A stretch of DNA of 39,311 nucleotides from a virus (lineage: Duplodnaviria; Caudoviricetes). A model generated the notes under the pieces. That model was not told the origin of the DNA. It searched no databases and saw only the letters and a list, made by a program, of their open reading frames with translations. Location: positions 1 to 39,311 of the IMG/VR virus record IMGVR_UViG_3300042923_000153; one strand, given 5' to 3'. Positions 7,640 to 15,971 of this stretch are shown here, piece by piece; position 1 is the stretch's first letter; every line of letters starts with the position of its first letter. The position numbers were made by a program, and so were the translations under genes.

Positions 7640-7936
7640 TTATTTCGGTATCTCCCATTCAGGTACTTCTCTTTTTGCTTTAACATCGGCATTAAACTGC
7701 ATTATTAATCTCTCTATAATTTCACTTTGCAACCCTTTACGATTTCCCACAATAGCCTTAAATTCTTCTAATACTTCATTGCGTATATAAGGTGTTATTC
7801 TGCTCCTAGTGTCAACATATTTAGGCTTATCAACATCAACAAGACTAGTTATGTCGTTGGTACTGGTACTATCACTATCTTTAGTACTAGTTTTAATCAT
7901 ACTATCCTGCGCCCTCTTAGGTACTTTAAATGTCAC
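7640..7936 (-). CDS. ParA partner (type Ib centromere-binding protein, RHH-like)
   Basis: Coupled downstream of parA; low-complexity N-terminus, then RITPYIRNEVLEEFKAIVG..GLQSEIIERLI. Confidence 0.7.
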   Translation of the reverse strand: MTFKVPKRAQDSMIKTSTKDSDSTSTNDITSLVDVDKPKYVDTRSRITPYIRNEVLEEFKAIVGNRKGLQSEIIERLIMQFNADVKAKREVPEWEIPK

Positions 7937-8699
7937 GTTTCAACAACTCCTCAACGAATATTTTGTAGGGCTCAATTGCTTTAGTTATCTCTGGATTATC
8001 TGTAAATCCATATGAAGATAATCTTTCTATTTCAACCATATTTTTTATTTCGGTATCAAATACAAGCCCTTTATAAACCTCCCTAGCTTCGGCTAAGTAT
8101 GCTTTGTGATTTGATTTTCTGTAATCAATTTTACTAGGTAGTATACCCAATATTTTAAGATTAGGATTATTTCTTTGTTGTGCTATCTTAGCTGTTGTTA
8201 AGAGTCTTCCTATAGCGCGATAACACCACTCTTCTGGAACGTATGGCATTATCAAGCCATCAGCAAAAGAGATAGCGTTTATAGTCTGATCGCTCAATGC
8301 TGGTGGAGTATCTATAATAATATAATCGTATTCGCTTTTTAATGGCTCTAGCGTGCGTTTTAAGACGAGATTTTCATTACCCTTATACTTTGTATATAGC
8401 CATCTAGGAAAACGTGCCATGTGATCGTCAGCAGGGATTACATGTAAATTATCATTTGCTTTCCACATACAATTATCAGTATTAAGTTTTACCATAGCAT
8501 CGTACAAAGTTCTCTGATAGAATTCATCAGTATCCTGGTTAAGTAGTAAACTAGATACATTTCCTTGATTGTCTAAGTCACCTACCAATACCTTGTAACC
8601 CATTTCACTAAGTATAAAAGATAGTGAACCTGATAAAGTTGTCTTTGTTGCTCCCCCTTTCTGCATGCAAGTAGCTATTACCTTTGCCAATTTCCCCAT
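7926..8699 (-). CDS. parA: ParA-family partition ATPase
   Basis: Deviant Walker A QKGGATKTT, DLDNQGN, YDYIIIDTPP; no N-terminal HTH (type Ib). Confidence 0.93.
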   Translation of the reverse strand: MGKLAKVIATCMQKGGATKTTLSGSLSFILSEMGYKVLVGDLDNQGNVSSLLLNQDTDEFYQRTLYDAMVKLNTDNCMWKANDNLHVIPADDHMARFPRWLYTKYKGNENLVLKRTLEPLKSEYDYIIIDTPPALSDQTINAISFADGLIMPYVPEEWCYRAIGRLLTTAKIAQQRNNPNLKILGILPSKIDYRKSNHKAYLAEAREVYKGLVFDTEIKNMVEIERLSSYGFTDNPEITKAIEPYKIFVEELLKRDI

Positions 8700-8712
8700 G
8701 TGTACCCCCTTG

Positions 8713-8734
8713 TTGATAGTGTTAGTACTATCAA
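8713..8734. promoter_or_regulatory. Inverted repeat upstream of parA (operator/parS-like)
   Basis: TTGATAGT-GTTAGT-ACTATCAA. Confidence 0.55.
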
Positions 8735-8785
8735 TGGTTTTATATACAGCGTTATATTAGGCAAATTTCACAAATATCCTGCAAA

Positions 8786-8824
8786 TAAAAATAATCCTGC
8801 ACTAGCGGTTAGGCTGTACAGGAT
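8786..8824 (-). terminator. Intrinsic terminator downstream of rep
   Basis: ATCCTGTAC...GTGCAGGAT stem followed by TATTTTT on the minus strand. Confidence 0.55.
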
Positions 8825-8825
8825 G

Positions 8826-8998
8826 TGTGTTGTCCACATATCAACATGGTTGACCATATGTTGTAGTCTATTTTGTTAATCTTTTATTTTCTGTTAATGT
8901 TTTTATAAATTTTAAAAAACTAAGATTTTATATATTTTAAAATTCCTTTTTGTGATTTTTGAAAAACGGATTAATTAAAGTTTAATTGCTGTGGATAA
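8826..8998. other. Putative plasmid-mode replication origin
   Basis: DnaA-like TTGTCCACA 8830-8838, perfect TGTGGATAA 8990-8998, small palindromes, very AT-rich tract 8870-8970, directly downstream of rep. Confidence 0.45.
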
Positions 8999-9804
8999 AC
9001 TTCCGCTACAAAGCATTCTATTAATATTCTTATATTTTCATCAGCCAAAAAACTGAGTATGTGATGATAATTTGAACTTTGTTTCCTAGATAGGTGCTTG
9101 TCCATTATAAATCTCATTCCGTAATCACTTAAAATGCTTTCTTCGTCAGTGTGTGGATCTGTAAATCCTGTAGTGATCAATTCTCTTATCTTAATGTACG
9201 CTGTTTTTTGCTCTTCAATGGTCATTTTATAGTGATCATTATTATGTATTGCCTTATATCTGCCAAAATAGTACTCTAATAATCCTTTGACTGATTCGTT
9301 CTTAATATCAGCACGTTGCTGTTCGCTGAACAACAACCTATTATATTCAGTAATCTTTGCCGTAATATCTGCGGTAGTCTTTGTTAAAGAATCTTCAATT
9401 TTTAACTTTCCATTTTCAATTATTTCACTTTCCTTATTGAAAAATTTAAATAACCAGTCAATAAAAGGTTTCTGGAGCAATTTATAGTGAATTGTAGGGT
9501 TTCCATTAGCCTTTTTTAGCTTAGTTTCTAATATTCCTTCTGACTCTAATTTCTTCCTAGCCTTGTTTATTTCATAGCTAGAAAGAAAAGTTTCCTCTGT
9601 CCATTCTTTAGCTGTTTTATAAATAAATCCGTCTTTTCTAGATCCCTTATCACACCAATAAACTAATTGCGATAAGAAGACACCACCACTTAAGTCTCCC
9701 ATAGCTTTACAAAACAGCCTAGGTACTGCGATTGTATTCTTTTCTCCAATGACTTCTTTCATCATCATGAAAACTTGTTGCTGAAAACTTTCTTTTTCTT
9801 CCAA
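8971..9804 (-). CDS. Replication initiator (wHTH), plasmid-mode Rep; probable TTG start 9804
   Basis: FLSQLVYW..K..DGFIYKT..EW..ET.LS..EI..ARKKL...G.LET...PT.HY initiator wHTH; AGGAGG RBS; next to parA. Confidence 0.75.
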   Translation of the reverse strand: MEEKESFQQQVFMMMKEVIGEKNTIAVPRLFCKAMGDLSGGVFLSQLVYWCDKGSRKDGFIYKTAKEWTEETFLSSYEINKARKKLESEGILETKLKKANGNPTIHYKLLQKPFIDWLFKFFNKESEIIENGKLKIEDSLTKTTADITAKITEYNRLLFSEQQRADIKNESVKGLLEYYFGRYKAIHNNDHYKMTIEEQKTAYIKIRELITTGFTDPHTDEESILSDYGMRFIMDKHLSRKQSSNYHHILSFLADENIRILIECFVAEVYPQQLNFN

Positions 9805-9807
9805 AAT

Positions 9808-9886
9808 AAAAAACCTCCTACCTTTTATTGACTGGCAGGAGGGAGATATGTTACAATACAGGTAAGTTAATACCTTGTCCTCCTGC
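9808..9886 (-). promoter_or_regulatory. rep leader attenuator: terminator hairpin containing the RBS, with an alternative anti-terminator
   Basis: mRNA CCUCCUGCC-loop-GGUAGGAGG-UUUUUU; upstream GCAGGAGG (9886-9879) can pair instead with CCUCCUGC (9842-9835). Confidence 0.7.
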
Positions 9887-9937
9887 AACGAGGGCAACCG
9901 ACCTAGCGACTTTGGCGAGTTGTTAGGTCTTTAATTT
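9828..9937 (+). ncRNA. Counter-transcribed antisense RNA (copy-number control) with its promoter
   Basis: TTGACT-18-TACAAT with TG extension (9828-9857); hairpin GACCTAGCGAC-TTTGGCGA-GTTGTTAGGTC then T-rich tail. Confidence 0.65.
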
Positions 9938-10005
9938 ATTATAACATTATTTATTAAATTTTTCTAGTATAATTTGTCAGTAAATTGCATATAATAGGTA
10001 GTTAC

Positions 10006-10041
10006 AAAAAAATAACCCCCACCAATTAAGGCAGGGGTTTT
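10006..10041. terminator. Terminator after the lysis operon (possibly bidirectional)
   Basis: AACCCCC-ACCAATTAAGGCA-GGGGGTT flanked by A and T runs. Confidence 0.75.
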
Positions 10042-10162
10042 GTTATGTATAAACGATTTTGCCAACGCTGGCAATATGGGAACTGTCCGGTATTTCCGGA
10101 TTGTTGTGGATAATTTGAATTATTTTATAATGTTCTCCCAGGGGCGTTTTTTATTTCACAAA

Positions 10163-10792
10163 CTAAAACTTAATTCCGACACCAGCATATTGAGCATCTT
10201 TACTAACCACTACTTGATAAGCACTAATACGGCTTAAACTTCCTGTATACCCTATAGCAGGGTTTATTTGTCCATCAATATACATTACCCCTGCCGTCAA
10301 TACATTGTGGCGTGTAAGGTCAATTGTAGGGATTTTAATGTCCATGTCTACGGTAGATGATTGAGTCATTGTAACTTTACCATTCTCAAACTTCTGATTC
10401 TCACCTTGCAGCAAGTCGAATTTATAGTCCTTGCCGTTTACCTTAACGCCTACTTTTGTTTTATCTGCATCAAGCTTAACGTCAGTAGCTTCTTTTTCAG
10501 TTACTGTGTTACCAGCAGCATCTTTGTATATGATAGTTTCCTTTGGAACATATGCAATCTGTGTATCAGTAACAACCTTTACCTTTTCAGTAACAATTGG
10601 ATCTGCTTGTACTGTTTTAACCTCCGTATTTAGCGTAGGAAAGTAGTTTTTAGTGATGTATGAACCAACTATGCAACCAGCAACAAAAGCTGCTAGAATC
10701 GCAATTATGAGCGTTTTATAAGTATATCCTTTGTTGTCGGTTGATGTGTTTAGTTTTGCATTGACTATGTCTAGGATTTCTTGCTCTGTCAT
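10163..10792 (-). CDS. Spanin-like lysis protein (N-terminal TM/lipobox, C-terminal beta-anchor)
   Basis: Follows the endolysin; TLIIAILAAFVAGC; ends in amphipathic strands and YAGVGIKF. Confidence 0.55.
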   Translation of the reverse strand: MTEQEILDIVNAKLNTSTDNKGYTYKTLIIAILAAFVAGCIVGSYITKNYFPTLNTEVKTVQADPIVTEKVKVVTDTQIAYVPKETIIYKDAAGNTVTEKEATDVKLDADKTKVGVKVNGKDYKFDLLQGENQKFENGKVTMTQSSTVDMDIKIPTIDLTRHNVLTAGVMYIDGQINPAIGYTGSLSRISAYQVVVSKDAQYAGVGIKF

Positions 10793-11361
10793 AGCAAATC
10801 ACGCACATAATTATAAGTGTTGTTTGCCCTGTTAGCATATCCTAATGCGTACCGTTCCCCTACATCAGCAGCAATGTAATAACTATCTATAAACATGTCT
10901 CGCAATATTTCTAAATTGCGAATATCATAGTCGTACTGTCGTCTTCTTAAGAAGTTGCGAACTACGTAATGAGATGTAGGACACCATATGCCAGCATAAA
11001 TAAAGCATTTGCTATCATCTAGATTTTCTACCTGGTTGAGGAAAGGCACATATAGTTCAAGGCAATCCTGAGTTAAAATCATCTGTTGTGCAATTTGTCC
11101 TTGTTCTGAATTTAGCAGATCCCTTAACTCTTGCTTTTCTCCGCTATCTATAATATCTGAATAGGTGCGTCCCATAAACTTCTGAGCACCATCTATATAG
11201 CTTAATAACGCATCTCCGCGACCATTTATACCCTCCCACGATGAAACACCCATACAAGGGTAATCTCCCGCTGTAGAGCAGCACACGTTGTCGTAGCTAC
11301 CTTCGACACCTGTGTTGATAATGCCAAGTGCTATTTCTCTTGCAAGTTCTTCATTTATCAC
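10789..11361 (-). CDS. Putative endolysin, lysozyme-like fold
   Basis: VEGSYDNV...D.P.MG.SSW and GY.NR motifs; follows holin-like genes. Confidence 0.6.
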   Translation of the reverse strand: MINEELAREIALGIINTGVEGSYDNVCCSTAGDYPCMGVSSWEGINGRGDALLSYIDGAQKFMGRTYSDIIDSGEKQELRDLLNSEQGQIAQQMILTQDCLELYVPFLNQVENLDDSKCFIYAGIWCPTSHYVVRNFLRRRQYDYDIRNLEILRDMFIDSYYIAADVGERYALGYANRANNTYNYVRDLL

Positions 11362-11579
11362 TATGGTTTTACTCCCTTCTCACTATTGTTTACAGAGTCG
11401 TTTACTCTTCCCAATAAGATATAGGCTCTTATAACTCCGTAAAACGTTGTTAATCTGTCAAGATCATATTTTAAGATCTGTTCGGCATTATGAAACCATG
11501 CATAAAGCCAGAGTACACCAAAAAGAACGTCCACAATGTGAACGTTCTGCGCTATAAATGTTTTTGCTTTATCTAACAC
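11361..11579 (-). CDS. Holin-like membrane protein
   Basis: Hydrophobic segments, charged C-tail NSEKGVKP, coupled to the endolysin. Confidence 0.55.
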   Translation of the reverse strand: MLDKAKTFIAQNVHIVDVLFGVLWLYAWFHNAEQILKYDLDRLTTFYGVIRAYILLGRVNDSVNNSEKGVKP

Positions 11580-11826
11580 GGTTACCTCCTGGCTTCAATA
11601 TCTTTCCTAATTCCTCTACCTGTGAAGGTGTGGCAATAATTCCTGCCTGGTGCAAAGATATTGATAGACTTTTATTTACTGAATTGGTATATTTAACATA
11701 TATAGGGCGAGATCTACTCTGATACGCTTTGCTGTATCCGTAGTGATACGCCATACCTGAGAAGAAGCATATGATAAGAAAAACATACATTACATATAAA
11801 GATTGTTTGTGATTTAAGAAATTCAT
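11569..11826 (-). CDS. Single-TM protein in the lysis cassette
   Basis: N-terminal hydrophobic helix; RBS AGGAGG. Confidence 0.55.
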   Translation of the reverse strand: MNFLNHKQSLYVMYVFLIICFFSGMAYHYGYSKAYQSRSRPIYVKYTNSVNKSLSISLHQAGIIATPSQVEELGKILKPGGNRVR

Positions 11827-11835
11827 ATAACCTCC

Positions 11836-12054
11836 TTAATGCTTGATTGCTGCGAATACTGCAATGCCAGTGGTAATCAGCCAAAGTAGTAAAACCTTGC
11901 TACCTGTCCACTGATTGACAGTTCCTTCTAGATTGCGGATACGTTCTTCTAGTTTCATTTCCTCTGTATTGCTCATTTTAGTTTTAATAATTGCCACGTC
12001 TATTGCTATAGCATCTAGTTTAGAGTCTAGTATACGGACTAGTTCATCACTCAT
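11836..12054 (-). CDS. XhlA/BhlA-like coiled-coil plus C-terminal TM (holin-associated)
   Basis: LEERIRNLE coiled coil, then VLLLWLITTGIAVFAAI. Confidence 0.65.
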   Translation of the reverse strand: MSDELVRILDSKLDAIAIDVAIIKTKMSNTEEMKLEERIRNLEGTVNQWTGSKVLLLWLITTGIAVFAAIKH

Positions 12055-12100
12055 TTTCCCTCCTGTATGGTAACTGATTTTTATAAAGGTGGTGTGAATC

Positions 12101-12595
12101 GTGAATGATTATCATGAATCAGGCAACACGATTGTTTGGATACTAATTTTAGGATTTCTTGGAATACCATTCTTTTTTTACGAAGGATCAACGCTGCAGA
12201 ATAGTGTCGCTGTTTTTTTTGGTGTTGATATTTTTACAATATTAATGACTGTAGTAGCTTTTGGTGGTTTTTTTTACTTTATTATTCCTGGAATTGGGTC
12301 AACAAGATGGAGAAGAACTGTAGCAATATTTTTGATATGGATCTCATGCTTATTGATATACGGGACTACAACTAACATTAACGATTTAACGTTAGCCGTC
12401 CAAGGTAAAAAAACATTAAGTCCACCAACTATTGAAAACGGATTTAAACATATCCCTAATCCTCCAAAATCATCAATGTTGACCAATATCAATAAGTTAA
12501 ATAATGAAAGGAACTTTTTATTCGCTGTTTTAGCTACTGGTTTAGTGATGTTTTATCCAGAAATTAGAAAGTATAGTATAAGTAAAATTAAGTGA
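12101..12595 (+). CDS. Multi-pass membrane protein, candidate superinfection exclusion
   Basis: About 4 hydrophobic helices; opposite strand, convergent with the largest ejection gene. Confidence 0.6.
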   Translation: MNDYHESGNTIVWILILGFLGIPFFFYEGSTLQNSVAVFFGVDIFTILMTVVAFGGFFYFIIPGIGSTRWRRTVAIFLIWISCLLIYGTTTNINDLTLAVQGKKTLSPPTIENGFKHIPNPPKSSMLTNINKLNNERNFLFAVLATGLVMFYPEIRKYSISKIK

Positions 12596-12602
12596 GAATA
12601 TT

Positions 12603-15600
12603 TTAATTCCCTCTCGCTTTTTCTCTTTGCCATGATTTATTTGTTTCTTTTAACTCTTTGCCTAATTCCTTTAGCTGACTTTGATGTTCTTTTAATCTTT
12701 CGATTTTTTGCTCTTTTGGCAAAGATTGATCTTTTGCTATTTGATTCATTACAGCTTTAATATTTCTCTGCTCGCTAGTCAATACAGTTACCTTTTGATT
12801 GTAAAGTTCTTGTGTATTAATTGGAACGTTTTTCAACCCTAAAAATGATTGAGCGAAAGCACTCGGCAAATCGTATTGCCTTCCCTTGGAATCAACTCTA
12901 CCTTGGATAGCATTGCTTAACTTATCTCCTGCATAGTTACCAGGGAGAGGGACAGAAGGTGCTATTGCATTATAAGCAAAATTTGCCCATTCCTTCATCC
13001 GCTCTGCATCTGTCATTCCTGGCTTTATAACCTGCTGACCTAAAGAGTTTTTACCAGATTTGAAAAGAAGATATGCGTCACTAACTGGATTGCCAAATTT
13101 ATAATCATTAGCGAAAGGCAGTATATATGATAAGTCTAAATTATTTTGTACCTTTTGCTCCTTGCCATTAACTGTTCTTGTTCCATCACCTAATGGAAGT
13201 AACGTCCTTGACTTCATATAATCAGGCATAATCTTTTCGCGGTCTTCATTATTAACTTGATTCTGTGCCTTAGTAAATTTACTCAACTGTGCGGGATTTT
13301 CATATGCAGCCTTTAACGTTGCCTTTCCAGCAAAGTAAGGGAACTTAGCGAACGGCATTATCCCAGTCTTTGAAAACATATTAATCAATTCAGGAGCACT
13401 AGAATAATCAAATAGTGCTTTATTGGCTATCTGTGCAGCTTCTTTAATTGATTTACCTTGATCTCTATGATAAGCATAAGTTGCAACACGCCAAAATTCA
13501 TCAGGCTTGCCGAATTTATCCATTCCCCATTCGGCAGCTTTTTTAATACCTGTAGGCTTATCGCCAATAATATTTCTTAACTCTTGTTTCTGCCACACAT
13601 TCCCTAGTATACCAGTGCCTTTTACCTCGCGCATTAGTTCGCTCTTATTACCTCCGCGCATTGCTTGTGTAGCTTTCATCATATATTTTGGCATAGCTTG
13701 CATTGGTAAACCGCCAAATACATTAGCCATAGGGATTCCAGAATAAAAGTTCCTCATGGTTGATGCAGGATTAGCTAACTTTGCAACCTTGAACCAGCTT
13801 ACAGCCTTTTGCCAACCTTGTACTAATTCGGATGAACTAGCACCAGTGCCAGTCAACTTAATAACTTGATCGTGAATATCTTTAGGAACCCATTTGCCAG
13901 CCAATGCACCGTATGCTTTAGATTCAGGTATAGGAACGTACTGCCTACGCTTTGGTAATGTTCTTGATAAGTCGGCTGCCTCATCGCCTGTTTTACCCCA
14001 TACAGTATTGATTCTATTTAAGTATTCGTCCTCTCTAAGCGTTTTAGAAGATCGGTTTAAGGTGTCCATGATACGATACTCAGGATCTTTAATAAGACCC
14101 AGTTTTTTCATGGTATCGTCTGACAATGTTTGACGTTGGATAAAGTCTTTAGTATCTACTTTATGTACTGCTCCATAACCTTGACCGCCTGGAGCTTTTG
14201 ATTTGTTTAACGTTTGGTACACTCTTCTATATTCTTCTTCTGTACCATTTTTGCGTAATGCTTCAAGGAACTTATCAGGAGTTTCATACTGTTCAAATGA
14301 ACGCCTTAAATGCTCTCCGTCTAGATATGATACATACGCTTCATCAGATAGTCTACCTGTTGCTCTTAAAGCGTCCGCATTTGCTTTATTTCGCTTTATA
14401 AATTGTTCTCCTATGGTTTCTATTGCTTTTCGTAATCCAGTGTCTGGAATCGAATTTAAAACGCTTTCACGTGTTATTGTATCAGGAATTAACTTTGCTG
14501 GACTTAGTGCAGTTTCTTTTGCTACACGTTGAGAGTTTTGAAGAAGGTAATCGGGAATTTCTTTGTTTGCATCACGTAGAACGTTGAATGCTTCGCTTTT
14601 TGTGACGTTGCCTTTATTTATTTCATCGAGCAACTTTCCTGAATCGCTTGCAGACACAATGCTATTCTTTATTGCAGATGTGTCGGCATTTTTAAATACT
14701 GATTTTATTTGACTTGGACTAAAGGGGATTATCTCGGCGCCAGCATCAATTTTACCGCTAACTGATAATATTATTCCGTCATGACCTTGGCTTTGTAGTA
14801 TCTTTTTGAATTTCTCTGTTGTTTCAGGTGTTTTCGTTATTGACCGTATATGATTAACGTTGCTGATAATATAAGGATTTTTAATTGATACGTTTGAAGG
14901 TCTTATATTACCGCCAATCCTTTGCGCGTAATTGGCTGCAACTTGTGGATCGCTTGAAAAGAAAAATCCTAAATTTGAAATTCTATTAACTCTATCTCCA
15001 CTAGCTATTTTATTAGGATCAAAGTTATCAAAAGTAGAGTTTGTTCCATGATAAACAGTTAATGGTTTGCCTTGCTCATCAGCTATTTTAGTTCCAGATA
15101 AAAAACTGTTATTTGCTTTTTCCTCCAAAGAACCCGACTTGCTGACAGGACTTGCTTCTATATAGTCAGTAAGTTTATTTGCATCTTCGCCGTACTGGCT
15201 TTTGAGGTTCCTAACACTATCAACTAAATCATCGGCACCTAATTGATCTGTAGCCCTGCCAGCATTAAAATCAAATGCTTGATCCGCTACTCTATTTTTA
15301 CCTAAAGCATCCTCCGCAAAGGCAATCGCCTTTTGTCCTGCCTCTGTGCTTCTTGCAGCGTTTACAGCAGGGTTAATAAGGTTGTCAGTTAATCCTATAG
15401 CCTTACTACCTTCTGACACGCCTTTAGCTATTTTAGCAGGTGTAACGAACCATAGTGGATCTAAAGCAACGTCAGCAGCAAATCCGGTGACCGCTGCCGT
15501 TTTAGGGTTTTCTTTTACCCATTCAGGATTGAAAGTTTCCTTCCAAGATGTGTTTTCATCCCAACCTCTTTGTAACCCTTCTAGTACAGGAGAATCGTTC

Positions 15601-15926
15601 TGCAATGCCACTGTAGCACCAGCTAAAGCACCTCTAGGCTTATCTAGATAAGATAAGCCCTCTAATGCTGCTGAAGCTGGTTCTTTTACCACGTCCCATG
15701 CGTTACCCAGGAAGTTCATGATTCCGTTTTGCTCTTGTTCCGGCTGTTGCGCTTGCTGTTGCGACATGTACTGATCATAGACACTGTTGCCAGTAGTTGT
15801 TGGTGACCGCTGTTGAACATACGCATTATCATCACTGGATACAGACGACATGTAATCATCATATACACGATTACCTGTTGAGTTGTTGGCAGATTGTTTT
15901 GCCATAAAATCATCATATATTGACAA
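12603..15926 (-). CDS. Large DNA ejection (internal virion) protein with an embedded ADP-ribosyltransferase domain
   Basis: Last and largest of three ejection-type genes; YHGT...GFFFSSD..VA.NYA...KNPY...QGHDGII...EIIPFSPSQIKS at about aa 272-412. Confidence 0.8.
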   Translation of the reverse strand: MSIYDDFMAKQSANNSTGNRVYDDYMSSVSSDDNAYVQQRSPTTTGNSVYDQYMSQQQAQQPEQEQNGIMNFLGNAWDVVKEPASAALEGLSYLDKPRGALAGATVALQNDSPVLEGLQRGWDENTSWKETFNPEWVKENPKTAAVTGFAADVALDPLWFVTPAKIAKGVSEGSKAIGLTDNLINPAVNAARSTEAGQKAIAFAEDALGKNRVADQAFDFNAGRATDQLGADDLVDSVRNLKSQYGEDANKLTDYIEASPVSKSGSLEEKANNSFLSGTKIADEQGKPLTVYHGTNSTFDNFDPNKIASGDRVNRISNLGFFFSSDPQVAANYAQRIGGNIRPSNVSIKNPYIISNVNHIRSITKTPETTEKFKKILQSQGHDGIILSVSGKIDAGAEIIPFSPSQIKSVFKNADTSAIKNSIVSASDSGKLLDEINKGNVTKSEAFNVLRDANKEIPDYLLQNSQRVAKETALSPAKLIPDTITRESVLNSIPDTGLRKAIETIGEQFIKRNKANADALRATGRLSDEAYVSYLDGEHLRRSFEQYETPDKFLEALRKNGTEEEYRRVYQTLNKSKAPGGQGYGAVHKVDTKDFIQRQTLSDDTMKKLGLIKDPEYRIMDTLNRSSKTLREDEYLNRINTVWGKTGDEAADLSRTLPKRRQYVPIPESKAYGALAGKWVPKDIHDQVIKLTGTGASSSELVQGWQKAVSWFKVAKLANPASTMRNFYSGIPMANVFGGLPMQAMPKYMMKATQAMRGGNKSELMREVKGTGILGNVWQKQELRNIIGDKPTGIKKAAEWGMDKFGKPDEFWRVATYAYHRDQGKSIKEAAQIANKALFDYSSAPELINMFSKTGIMPFAKFPYFAGKATLKAAYENPAQLSKFTKAQNQVNNEDREKIMPDYMKSRTLLPLGDGTRTVNGKEQKVQNNLDLSYILPFANDYKFGNPVSDAYLLFKSGKNSLGQQVIKPGMTDAERMKEWANFAYNAIAPSVPLPGNYAGDKLSNAIQGRVDSKGRQYDLPSAFAQSFLGLKNVPINTQELYNQKVTVLTSEQRNIKAVMNQIAKDQSLPKEQKIERLKEHQSQLKELGKELKETNKSWQREKARGN

Positions 15927-15971
15927 TTCACTTGCCTCCTCTATCTATTATAATTACGGTAACTAGTCAGA

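Noticed and set aside
6792-8306. E. coli Chi octamer GCTGGTGG at 6792, 7007 and 8299
   Set aside because: Host looks like a Firmicute, where Chi differs; two copies belong to the junction repeat and one encodes PPA in ParA
8740-8767. Second dif-like site (TTAGGCAAATT arm)
   Set aside because: No matching left arm; better read as a parA promoter element
9805-9897. Longer Rep start at 9897
   Set aside because: It runs through the attenuator; AGGAGG supports TTG 9804
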